Shown piece after piece: positions 55,607 through 64,000 of a DNA stretch of 64,000 bases. Source of the DNA: an uncultured virus (IMG/VR IMGVR_UViG_3300031134_000653) (Duplodnaviria; Heunggongvirae; Uroviricota; Caudoviricetes); IMG/VR virus record IMGVR_UViG_3300031134_000653; one strand, written 5' to 3'. Positions within the stretch are counted from its first letter, which is position 1. Each line of letters opens with the position of its first letter. The notes below the pieces were generated by a model. The model saw only the letters and a list, made by a program, of their open reading frames with translations. It was not told where the DNA came from and made no database searches. The position numbers and the translations under genes were made by a program.

Positions 55607-56254
55607 TCAGACGTAGAGAACGTGTGGGGAGTTCTGGCGTACTGTAACTCGCATGGGCTTGAGCTTAGCAACGGTGGCATCCTCTACAAACAGCCCCGCC
55701 CATCGAGCAAACTGAACAACTTCAGCAGGTACACCAAGCCTGGTCTGATTCAGGAACGCAGCACCGTCAGAGAAACCGAACTGCTTCGCAAAGCTATCAA
55801 CCTTGCTCTTCTCCTGGACATCACCATAAGCGAACATAGCCAACAGGTTCTGGTACGGCTTTTCAGCCAGGTGCTGCATTCGACCTTCAGGTAGACGAAC
55901 ATAACGCTTGGTCTGGTACGGAGCAGGAGCCTGATTTAGCTCTACCACTTCCACAGAATTCTCAGACTGAAGAGTGTAGTCAACAATGTTGTCCACTCGA
56001 ACACCAGGCTTACCTGCGAACGGCGACAGCACCATGAGAAGACCTTCTGTTTCACTCACAGGAATGATTCGGAAGAACTCGTTAGCTTTTCCTGAAGCGA
56101 GACGAACACCATTGGAGACAACTGTCTTAGCATAGTCTGCAAGGTCGGCCAGTCCAGTCAGAGCTGGCGAAAACGAGTTCACCCGGGCGTCAGAAAGAAC
56201 CCCATTGGTCAGACGAACGCGAACAGCGTATCCAATGTAACTGGTTGTAGTCAA
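55607..56254 (-). CDS. hypothetical protein
   Basis: GAGGGA SD, TTG start; C-terminus resembles 49855 (P..V.....W..LF......LKPM). Confidence 0.65.
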   Translation of the reverse strand: MTTTSYIGYAVRVRLTNGVLSDARVNSFSPALTGLADLADYAKTVVSNGVRLASGKANEFFRIIPVSETEGLLMVLSPFAGKPGVRVDNIVDYTLQSENSVEVVELNQAPAPYQTKRYVRLPEGRMQHLAEKPYQNLLAMFAYGDVQEKSKVDSFAKQFGFSDGAAFLNQTRLGVPAEVVQFARWAGLFVEDATVAKLKPMRVTVRQNSPHVLYV

Positions 56255-56318
56255 AGTCCCTCTTCAAGTCTAAAGGCGGTGGAGTTTGAATATATCAAAG
56301 CCCACCGCCTTTGTCAAC

Positions 56319-56615
56319 TCAGGAGATAGCGTTCTCAACTTCATGAACCAAAGAAGGGATTGTTTCCCAACCTGTGATGAGGTAACTGTTACCTGTACCT
56401 CTAATTTTCATGTCCATCAAAGTGTACTGCCCTTGCAATGCTTTCAAAGAAAGTCGGCGTTTAGAGTTCTCTGGAAAGGTCACTCGTTTCTGAGTAACTA
56501 AAGTGCCTTTCACTTCAGCAAACCTAAAATGTTCACCATCTTTTGCTGAAGAGTACTCCCAGGTCGCTTTGTAGAGGTCTTTTTCACATATGTCCATGAT
56601 GTGCTCCGTTACCAA
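56319..56615 (-). CDS. hypothetical protein
   Basis: Last ORF of the minus-strand operon. Confidence 0.6.
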   Translation of the reverse strand: MVTEHIMDICEKDLYKATWEYSSAKDGEHFRFAEVKGTLVTQKRVTFPENSKRRLSLKALQGQYTLMDMKIRGTGNSYLITGWETIPSLVHEVENAIS

Positions 56616-57598
56616 ATCCTGTTGGAAGGATATTCGATGTGGAACGGTGTTTGCTCTCCATCGACAGTCAATGTGGTAGTGAAAGCAGAAGGTGTTGCAA
56701 TGTCAGGGTCTGCAGATGATTTTTCTTTGAAATCATTAGTGAATGTCCCTTTATCTGTTCCTGCAGGTACGGTCAGAGCAATGGTGTTCTGGTTTGTTCC
56801 TGCTGCACCTGAGAGGTAGATGCTTGTTTTCTGCACGTTGTATGTGGAAGTTCCAAAACGACCCATGTAGGCTGTGGCATTATTCCAAATTGTTGTATCT
56901 GGTACACCAATAGCAGCTTTTTCATCTTCTGTTGAGAAAGCTCCTTCTACAGTTACTCCACCTTCTGTCTTGAGGGTGACTTTGTAGGAAGTGTTTTCAA
57001 TCACAGGCAGCGATTTGATGATGCTGTCCCAGGCACTGGCCAGAACCTCTCCACCTCCATTATTACTGCTCTCCATTTCAATGGTCACAATTCTATGTCC
57101 CGAGGCGTCAATGTTTGAAGAGTACTTCAGAGAAGAGTATCCAACACCTGATGCTAAATCATTGAAAGAACTGTAAGCATTCTGATAAGTATCATCCACG
57201 TAATCTGAAGGTGACACGCTTTCAAAATCAAAAGCATATCGGTCATCTACAGATGTACCTCTCACGTTATAGATGTGAGGCTCCTCCTGAATCTCTTTCT
57301 GGATGTTAGTACCCAAAACACTCAACCCGCCTTCACCTAAAGCAGCTGAATTTGCACCGTTAGTGTCCGCGAATTTGAAGACAACATCGCTGGAAGGCAA
57401 ACCGGTTGCCACTTCACGGTCAGTGGTTTCAAGCTGAAGACCCTGCAAACCATAAGGGACATAGTTGTCGCTGCGGAAGTTGTTTGTTGGAAAGATTTCC
57501 AGAGTGAAAGCCCACAGGAGGATAACTATTCCCATGGCTACAGCCACAATACCTAAACCAGTGACGACGAAGGCCTGTTTTGTTTTTGTTCTAATCAT
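56609..57598 (-). CDS. membrane-anchored extracellular protein
   Basis: N-terminal TM then a Ser/Thr/Asp-rich ectodomain. Confidence 0.75.
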   Translation of the reverse strand: MIRTKTKQAFVVTGLGIVAVAMGIVILLWAFTLEIFPTNNFRSDNYVPYGLQGLQLETTDREVATGLPSSDVVFKFADTNGANSAALGEGGLSVLGTNIQKEIQEEPHIYNVRGTSVDDRYAFDFESVSPSDYVDDTYQNAYSSFNDLASGVGYSSLKYSSNIDASGHRIVTIEMESSNNGGGEVLASAWDSIIKSLPVIENTSYKVTLKTEGGVTVEGAFSTEDEKAAIGVPDTTIWNNATAYMGRFGTSTYNVQKTSIYLSGAAGTNQNTIALTVPAGTDKGTFTNDFKEKSSADPDIATPSAFTTTLTVDGEQTPFHIEYPSNRIW

Positions 57599-57602
57599 GT
57601 TC

Positions 57603-60230
57603 TCAGTTCCCTTCAGAAATCAATGGTAAAGCATAAGGAGTGTTCTGGGTGGAAGATGAACCTAACACGTTATACGAGTTAGAACCCCAACCCCATACAA
57701 CACCGTTGGTGTCAACTCCTAAGGCATAACCATTGGCAATAGAAATCTGCTCGAAGTTCAATGTCACTTGTGTTTCCTGTTCGTTGTTGAGCTGGAGAAC
57801 GTTGTTTGCATTATCTCCCCAACCTTTCAGCTCACCATCTGTAGTGATACCAAAAGTGGTTCCGTTACCAGCAGCAACAAACTTGTATGACGTTGAAGTG
57901 TCTGCTTCAGTGAAAGTTCGCTGTTCTTCCTGGTTTTGAACACCCAGAGAGTCATCGCCCCAGTTCCATAATTGACCTTCGTCAGTCAAAGCAAGTACAT
58001 GTTTGTTACCTGCTGCAACCTGCTTCACCCCAGTCAAAGGATACTGCTGAACTTCATCACCTAAGCTTGAACCCCAGATGAAAACAGTGTCTTTGCTGGC
58101 GGCAATAGCTACCTGTTGTCCTGCTGCCAGATATTCAAGGCTACTTCCGACTGGAACAGGCACAGGGTACAAACTGTTAGCTGTCGCAAGAGGTCCAAGA
58201 AGCTTGGACTCACCAGAACCCCAGCCCCACATTTGACCTGTTTCATCTACAGCCAAAGTGTACAGATAACCTGCTTTGGCTTGCTTGAACGTGTCAATAA
58301 TTTTTGCAGTGACAGCAGGCACAGTTTTGTCTGAGGCTGCACCGTTACCAAATTCACCGTCAGTATTCTGACCCCAACCCACTAACTGGTTTGAAACATC
58401 CAAACCAACAGCACCATTATTGTAAGGTGCAACTGTTCTCAACTGACTGGTCAAGTCAACCGGGGCAAAAGCTTGCTTATCAGTGCTGTTCGCACCCAGC
58501 TGGCCTTTAGTGTTGTCGCCCCAAGCTCGGACAGTTGTACCTGTCGTAGCATATACAGTTCCGATTCCAGCAACTACAGTGTCATAGCCTGAAGCTCGTT
58601 TCTGAGGTGTCAGAACTTTCGCTTCCTGAGCAGGGTCAGTAAGCAGTTCACCGTTAGTGTTTTTACCCCAAACATAGACATCAGTGCCCGATACTGCAGC
58701 GGCAAACTTATTACCCGCAGTGATGGAAGAAGCTTTTGCGAGGATACTCACAGGAACCTGAGTGTGAGCGTTAGCATCGTCCACATTGATACCTGTCTGA
58801 CCGTCAGCATCAGAACCCCAAGCGTAGAGGCGGTTCAAAGCGTCAATGGCGTAACCGTTCTCGCTACCCAAAGCAATTTTGGTGAACTTCAGCTGTTGTG
58901 TGATGATTTCAGGCGCAACAGCGTTGCCTCTCAGCGCAGGTTCTGCGATGACAGCTGGTTTGATGCCTGAAGTGTCAGTCGCCTGGAAAGTAGCATCAAC
59001 CTGGGTGGTGCACTCAGCAACGTAGTCATCAGGGTCGACAGGAGTCGGCTGAATAGGAGCAGGTGAAGGAGCTACTGTCGGTTCTGGGCTTCTTGTAGGT
59101 GCAGGTGTGGCAGTAGGGTTAGGCGCTGGAGTAGGCGTAGCAGTAGGTCGAGGTGTAGGGTTTGCTGCTTTGTAAGCTGCATCCTGTTCAGCTTGCTTAC
59201 GGTCAGCTTCTTCCCGAGCAGTTTCCCGAGCGTCAGCTACTTTAGCTGCCACACAAGCGTTAATGAGACCCTGACGACGGGTTGCATCGTTGGCTTTGAT
59301 TCGGGCAATCTCTCGTTCTACTCGCTCATTCTCTTCAACCTGAAGCTGACGCCAGTCAGTACCAATACCAAGTTCTCCATGGGCGTTCTCACCCCATGAG
59401 TACATGTATCCATTTGAACTCAAAGCAAGCACTGTCTGGGACTGGATGTTTGTTGCTACAGAGTTCCAGCTGTTACCTGCAGCGGTTGGAGCTGGTGTGT
59501 TTCGTGCAGTGTTGGTTCCGTCACCAAGCTGTCCAGCATCATTGTTACCCCAAGAGTAAAGCTCGCCTGCTGCTGTGCGTGCAAAGCTGAAATTCTTTCC
59601 AGCATATACATCTGTGAAGCGAGCATCGGTCGAAGCAACGCCAGGAGTGTTCCGTGCAGTGTTGGTTCCGTCACCAAGCTGTCCAGCATCATTGTTACCC
59701 CAGGACCAAAGGCGTCCTTCTCCATCCAAAGCAAGGGTGAAGTCTGCACCTGCTGCGATTTTATCGTAACGTAAAGCTGCTGTCACCTGGGTGGGAGTGT
59801 AAGTAGGGTTGGTTGTACCGTTACCAGATTGTCCAATGTCGTTAGGACCCCAAGTGAAGATATGACCGCTTTCGCTGGTTGCAACACTGTGGTCGTAAGG
59901 AGAGTCGATGCTGGAGATTTTCTCAGGCAGTTCAACTTTGTTCCAGCCAGAAATATTCACAGTCTGACCTGCAGTAATACCCAGCTGACCTTGGCTGTTC
60001 CAGCCTCGTGAGTAGACGGTACCGTCACTGGCAATGACGGTGGCAAAAGTTTCACCAGCGGATACCTCTGAAGCTTTGATGAAGTTCTGCTCTTCAGAGG
60101 CTTGCACGTTGGTCAAGTTCTGCGAAAGCACTAAAGCCGCACCTGTTACAAAAATTGCACCGATAGTGAGAAGCTTCTTGCTTGTGGTGGCTAAAGGTTT
60201 TGTTGTGGTATCCATGTTATTACACTTCAC
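57603..60230 (-). CDS. secreted RCC1-repeat beta-propeller protein with central coiled-coil and Pro/Thr insert
   Basis: Signal peptide (VQA), many G.(L/V)..WG.N..GQLG repeats. Confidence 0.9.
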   Translation of the reverse strand: MKCNNMDTTTKPLATTSKKLLTIGAIFVTGAALVLSQNLTNVQASEEQNFIKASEVSAGETFATVIASDGTVYSRGWNSQGQLGITAGQTVNISGWNKVELPEKISSIDSPYDHSVATSESGHIFTWGPNDIGQSGNGTTNPTYTPTQVTAALRYDKIAAGADFTLALDGEGRLWSWGNNDAGQLGDGTNTARNTPGVASTDARFTDVYAGKNFSFARTAAGELYSWGNNDAGQLGDGTNTARNTPAPTAAGNSWNSVATNIQSQTVLALSSNGYMYSWGENAHGELGIGTDWRQLQVEENERVEREIARIKANDATRRQGLINACVAAKVADARETAREEADRKQAEQDAAYKAANPTPRPTATPTPAPNPTATPAPTRSPEPTVAPSPAPIQPTPVDPDDYVAECTTQVDATFQATDTSGIKPAVIAEPALRGNAVAPEIITQQLKFTKIALGSENGYAIDALNRLYAWGSDADGQTGINVDDANAHTQVPVSILAKASSITAGNKFAAAVSGTDVYVWGKNTNGELLTDPAQEAKVLTPQKRASGYDTVVAGIGTVYATTGTTVRAWGDNTKGQLGANSTDKQAFAPVDLTSQLRTVAPYNNGAVGLDVSNQLVGWGQNTDGEFGNGAASDKTVPAVTAKIIDTFKQAKAGYLYTLAVDETGQMWGWGSGESKLLGPLATANSLYPVPVPVGSSLEYLAAGQQVAIAASKDTVFIWGSSLGDEVQQYPLTGVKQVAAGNKHVLALTDEGQLWNWGDDSLGVQNQEEQRTFTEADTSTSYKFVAAGNGTTFGITTDGELKGWGDNANNVLQLNNEQETQVTLNFEQISIANGYALGVDTNGVVWGWGSNSYNVLGSSSTQNTPYALPLISEGN
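59497..59702. repeat. near-identical 56-bp direct repeat, 150 bp apart
   Basis: 59497-59552 vs 59647-59702, one mismatch; encodes WGNNDAGQLGDGTNTARNT twice. Confidence 0.85.
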
Positions 60231-60834
60231 TTTCTGCGAAGAACGATTTCATTTCTTCTACGCCGTTATGGTCGTTTCGTTCTTCAATACGACGGGTTGC
60301 TCGCTGTCTGGCTTTGCTAATGTGTTTGATGGAGCGTTGGTCCTGTGACAAGCGTCCATGCATGCCAAAGATATATACCAAGCCAAGAGCAAAAGCTGCA
60401 GAAAGAAGCAAGATGAGACCCAAAGGTGAGCTGGCGACGCTGAATAGGAATCCTACAGCTGGGACACTGAACTGCTCTTTATATGTTACGTCTCTAATTT
60501 TGTAAGGGAATTCATCAGGAAGAGCCCGCTGGTCGCTTTTCAATGAAATGTTGTAGTACTGGTCATCATCTGTAGTGATTTCAAGCACTCGTCCGATGAG
60601 GTTGCGTTGAGATTCACCGACACCGATGGTAACGATGTCACCAGCTTTAATGTCTTTCTCAGGGGTAAGCTTGGAAACGATCAACGACCCGTTGCGTACG
60701 TCAGGTGACATGGCACTGGTAGCAACAGGAGCAACACGCCATTCAGTAAATGAGTTCACCCCTTGAATGCCTGCTGCTAACACGCTGAACACAGCAACTA
60801 CACCCAGTAGAGCTGCAACTAATTTTCGTTTCAC
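60220..60834 (-). CDS. signal peptidase I (S26/SipW-like), apparently degenerate
   Basis: TM, V.TSAMSP....GSLIV, I..GDIVT, LIGRV, LK.D, VP.VG, TM. Confidence 0.65.
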   Translation of the reverse strand: MKRKLVAALLGVVAVFSVLAAGIQGVNSFTEWRVAPVATSAMSPDVRNGSLIVSKLTPEKDIKAGDIVTIGVGESQRNLIGRVLEITTDDDQYYNISLKSDQRALPDEFPYKIRDVTYKEQFSVPAVGFLFSVASSPLGLILLLSAAFALGLVYIFGMHGRLSQDQRSIKHISKARQRATRRIEERNDHNGVEEMKSFFAESEV

Positions 60835-61008
60835 TTTTTTCCTTACCCGAAATCCTGAATGTTACTCTACCACAGGTTCGGGAAGAATGGAAGAACCTCA
60901 AGCTTTCATTCTAAAAAAGTGTTTTCTGTAAAATAACAGATAAAAGGTTGACATTGCTGCGAATTGTGTTACCGTTATGGTATATACATACGTGAAAGGA
61001 CAACATAA

Positions 61009-61200
61009 ATGCTGAGGCACCTGATTGGACGGGTACTTTTAGTCTTTGGTGTCGCCTTTTTCATCGCTGTTGTTTCACCAATCATTCTGACATCACAAGC
61101 TGCGTTGATTATTCTGTCCGCAGCTCTGATTACTTTGTCAATCTCACTATTTACAGCATTGATCGTATCAAAAGAAGAAAAGGTGGTCCCTCATGCCTGA
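61009..61200 (+). CDS. small 2-TM protein
   Basis: GAAAGGA SD; TTGACA upstream. Confidence 0.7.
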   Translation: MLRHLIGRVLLVFGVAFFIAVVSPIILTSQAALIILSAALITLSISLFTALIVSKEEKVVPHA

Positions 61201-61399
61201 GCAGAACAACTGGAAGTTCAAGTACACTGCTTGGTCTCGCAGACTGGTGTTTGACAGGATGATTGGTTTTGTCTTTTTCGCCATCGGTATCCTCTTCTCT
61301 GCCCCCTTACTTATTTGGTCGGGGTCAGTGTTCTTCCTTCTTGCAGCAATCGACGCTCATTACAAGAACAAAGCCGAAAAGCAAATCGAAATAGACTAA
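61193..61399 (+). CDS. small 2-TM protein
   Basis: Overlaps the previous stop; AAGGTGG SD. Confidence 0.7.
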   Translation: MPEQNNWKFKYTAWSRRLVFDRMIGFVFFAIGILFSAPLLIWSGSVFFLLAAIDAHYKNKAEKQIEID

Positions 61400-62001
61400 C
61401 TCATTCCGTACAGGTCTTCAACCAAATGGAATGGCAGCTGGATAGTTGTCGATAAATCCTGTACAGGGACGCCCAAACGGATGTACTTCAATACATCTTG
61501 GTATTTGAACTGAGGATTACGTGCTTGGAGGTCTTCCAGAACTTCCAACCAAATCTCCGCGTCTTCAGAGATGCCGGCAGCAACCAGGAACGCTATTTCG
61601 GTAAAGCTGTACTGACGTACCAGACTGTTCATGGTGTCAATGTCAACGTCTCTGAACATCTCAGCATTATCTAAATACTTGTCATCTGCCGTTGTAACGT
61701 AACCTTTTCTGAGTAGGATGTCTGCACGCCAGTTTGGACTGTTTGATTGAGTCAACTGGGCATAATCTTCTGCAATTTTAGACAGAAGGATGTTTAGAAG
61801 AATCAGGTCCCGAGATTCAGGGTAAGGATTGAAAGAGGCTTTCATAAGCCCCGAAGATGGTAAAACCCAACCCAAGCCAACTCGAAGAGCGTCAATACCT
61901 TTTTTAGGGTCTGGTGGCAGGACAGTTGTGAAGGTAAAACTATTCTCTAGCTCTTGCTTTTGGAGGAAGCCATCCAGCTCCAACATTATCCATTCGTTCA
62001 T
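61396..62001 (-). CDS. hypothetical protein
   Basis: ATGA coupling. Confidence 0.7.
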   Translation of the reverse strand: MNEWIMLELDGFLQKQELENSFTFTTVLPPDPKKGIDALRVGLGWVLPSSGLMKASFNPYPESRDLILLNILLSKIAEDYAQLTQSNSPNWRADILLRKGYVTTADDKYLDNAEMFRDVDIDTMNSLVRQYSFTEIAFLVAAGISEDAEIWLEVLEDLQARNPQFKYQDVLKYIRLGVPVQDLSTTIQLPFHLVEDLYGMS

Positions 62002-62498
62002 GAAACGACCTCTACTTTTGTTACACGAGGATAAGTTTGAGAAATAGGGATGCTTACTCCTGTTGATTCAAACTTGTAGCTTTGACCGACAGTAAGGTTA
62101 GCTGCAGGTGAACCTCCTTGGAGAGCTTCTGTGTCCCATTCAAAGCGACCGCAGTCAGTTTCGAAGAAGTTGGTTGTGTTCGTTCGTGTGACTGTGCAGG
62201 TTTCTGAACCTTCGAAGTATTTTCCTGATAGCAAATCAGGAATGGTCTGTGGATTCACAAACAGATAGAATCCGAGGCTGATTGCGATGAGAATAACAAA
62301 GCCAGTAGCAACCCGACGAAGGTTCAATGCACCTTTTTGAGTTTGACCTGCAAGTTTTCTGCGTTTGCGTTTTGTCGTCATACGCTTAGGGGCTTGAATA
62401 GGAGCTCTTACTCTGTTTCCAGCAGATCGAGTGGGAGTTTTAGAAAAAGATGGAGGCGCTTGAATAGGAGCTCGGGACTCACTTCTTTCATCAGGCAT
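61998..62498 (-). CDS. single-pass membrane protein
   Basis: Basic N-terminus with a repeated RAPIQAP, then TM and a Cys-pair ectodomain. Confidence 0.7.
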   Translation of the reverse strand: MPDERSESRAPIQAPPSFSKTPTRSAGNRVRAPIQAPKRMTTKRKRRKLAGQTQKGALNLRRVATGFVILIAISLGFYLFVNPQTIPDLLSGKYFEGSETCTVTRTNTTNFFETDCGRFEWDTEALQGGSPAANLTVGQSYKFESTGVSIPISQTYPRVTKVEVVS

Positions 62499-62612
62499 AA
62501 TTTTCCATTCGGGTTACTTTCTACACGCTTAATATCGGAACACTGAGGGTTGACTTTACTATACTCGTCTGGTAAGCTTCTGATAAGTCTATTTACACGA
62601 AGAGGATCGTTC

Positions 62613-63095
62613 ATGACATTGCTTGTCAGCCAGATCGAGTCGACTAAAGGCTCCGTAACATTTCCGTTTGTTCAAGAGTTTGTAACAACCTTGCATTACG
62701 GAAACATTTTGAAACCTGTACTTGAAACTACAGGCACTTCATACACTTCAGATATTTCTGCTGTCGATGGTGAAGCTGTAGAAACCTTGGTAATTACATT
62801 CGACTCGGTTGAGCAGGTTTTTTCTTACCTGCTGTTCGAACAGCGTTACGTTATTGCAGAGATGCTCAAAGAAACTGCAGCTCTTGAGCAGCAGAAAATC
62901 CGCAAGCCTGGAAGCTTCAAGAAGGTTTCTGTTCCTACAACACCTGCTAACGAAATTATCAGACGCATCAGTAAGTCTTACTCGAACGTAATTGCATTAG
63001 TTAGTGACACCACCCAGAAAGAACGGTTCACTGTTGAGGATGCAGTGGTAGCAGATTATTTAGCTCTTCTCCACAATGAATCAACTGCTCAGTAA
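62613..63095 (+). CDS. hypothetical protein
   Basis: GAGGA SD before MTLLVS. Confidence 0.7.
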   Translation: MTLLVSQIESTKGSVTFPFVQEFVTTLHYGNILKPVLETTGTSYTSDISAVDGEAVETLVITFDSVEQVFSYLLFEQRYVIAEMLKETAALEQQKIRKPGSFKKVSVPTTPANEIIRRISKSYSNVIALVSDTTQKERFTVEDAVVADYLALLHNESTAQ

Positions 63096-63149
63096 CATGC
63101 TGAAGCCCAATAGAGAATACAGGTCAGCATGCAAGAAAGGCATACGAAC

Positions 63150-64000
63150 GTGAAAACAGTCCATCTTATCTCCCACCAGAATTGGCATCGGGATGAACTG
63201 GCGACTTCTGGCGAATGGACTGTTGATTATTCGCATGGTTTAGATGTCCCTGCTTATGAGCAGAAGGATGCATGGTGGCTTCCTCAAGCCCAAGCTGTTC
63301 AGCTGCTGCGAGCGGTTGAACATCATGGTCTTCCTGAACTCACTTTCACCGCACCAGCTCCTTACCTTCTGGATACTGTCCCTTCAGAGCTTTTGGGTCG
63401 CAGGGTAGAGACGATGACAGCTGAAGAAGCTGTATCAACTCTTTTCGAATGGCCCACTCTGTGGTGGAAGATGGCTACTGCTAAAAATGACCTGTTCCTG
63501 GCTAAAGAGCGAGACCATGCTGAACTGTTGAACTTGGTTCAGACTTTGGAACTTCCCACTACAGCAATCCTTCAATCTTCGACACCTTTGCCAGAAATTA
63601 TTTCAGAGTACCGCTTCTTTGTGGCAAAGAAGAAGCATGAGTACCTCATCCTGGCATCCAGCGGATACCTCAACAACGGAGTCAGCGTGTATGACGGAGC
63701 TGTGTTTGAGGAGAAGGAAGAGGAGAAAGCTGCAGAAGTCGTAGAACAGCTTTTTGACGCAGACATTGACCTCCCGCCTTCTTTTGTTGTGGATGTTGCT
63801 GTCACTGTTGACGGGGCTTTCATTCTTGAGTTCAACCCATCCTGGTGTTCAGGGTGGTATGAGTGTGAGATTGATGGAGTTCTTACTACCATTGAACGAG
63901 CTTTCAGAGTGACTCCTCGTGAGTACAAAGCTTGGGCTTATAACCCTGACCCTGTGCTGTTACAGAAGTTTGCTAACCCTGGAAGACGAATCTGGGGAAC
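63150..64000 (+). CDS. ATP-grasp protein (R2K/DUF4343-like), runs off the window
   Basis: Hand-translated from GTG after GAAAGG: LLGRRV, EYRFFV, FVVDVA, ILEFNPSWCSGWY. Confidence 0.8.
   Translation, partial: MKTVHLISHQNWHRDELATSGEWTVDYSHGLDVPAYEQKDAWWLPQAQAVQLLRAVEHHGLPELTFTAPAPYLLDTVPSELLGRRVETMTAEEAVSTLFEWPTLWWKMATAKNDLFLAKERDHAELLNLVQTLELPTTAILQSSTPLPEIISEYRFFVAKKKHEYLILASSGYLNNGVSVYDGAVFEEKEEEKAAEVVEQLFDADIDLPPSFVVDVAVTVDGAFILEFNPSWCSGWYECEIDGVLTTIERAFRVTPREYKAWAYNPDPVLLQKFANPGRRIWG

Noticed and set aside
59497..59702. 56-bp direct repeats as CRISPR or DGR template/variable repeats
   Set aside because: There are only two copies, both in frame as RCC1 blades, with a single synonymous mismatch and no RT or cas gene nearby.
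1..64000. tRNA, rRNA, CRISPR array, integrase/transposase or virion structural genes
   Set aside because: None was recognised by eye, so phage identity remains an inference from gene content and organisation.

Overview
This 64 kb window is densely packed with short, mostly hypothetical genes in frequently switching orientation, separated by long near-perfect hairpin terminators. Many genes are leaderless (TAnnnT, 6-7 nt, ATG) and several host-like genes look actinobacterial (RnpA, IscA/HesB, MsrB, MSMEG_6728-type glycosylase, pilin-like proteins). The best reading is an accessory region of a jumbo phage or giant phage-like extrachromosomal element of Actinomycetota; this is inference, because no capsid, terminase or replication gene is in view. 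Recognisable cargo includes a pyrimidine-dimer glycosylase, vWA protein, PurA-like synthetase, two NUDIX hydrolases, 2H phosphoesterase, SLOG, three NDT/DUF4406-like proteins, RNA ligase, HAD and metallophosphoesterases, GH16, DNA methyltransferase, ADP-ribosyltransferase, an RCC1 protein with a degenerate signal peptidase, and an ATP-grasp enzyme. Three hidden patterns stand out. (1) Six dispersed genes share a Cys/His N-terminal tag fused to unrelated payloads (GNAT, papain-like, kinase-like, ART, Zn-finger), and each has GTTAG 9-10 nt before its ATG. (2) Two copies of a ~140-150 nt leader RNA with a covarying long-range pseudoknot each precede a protein with the same K..(V/I)R.R...TGE N-terminal helix. 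(3) Three copies of a covarying GG-GTT-ACTTG-AAC-G-CC hairpin plus AAAACAACAAGAA sit in 5' UTRs. All family calls come from motif recognition by eye; no database search was run.
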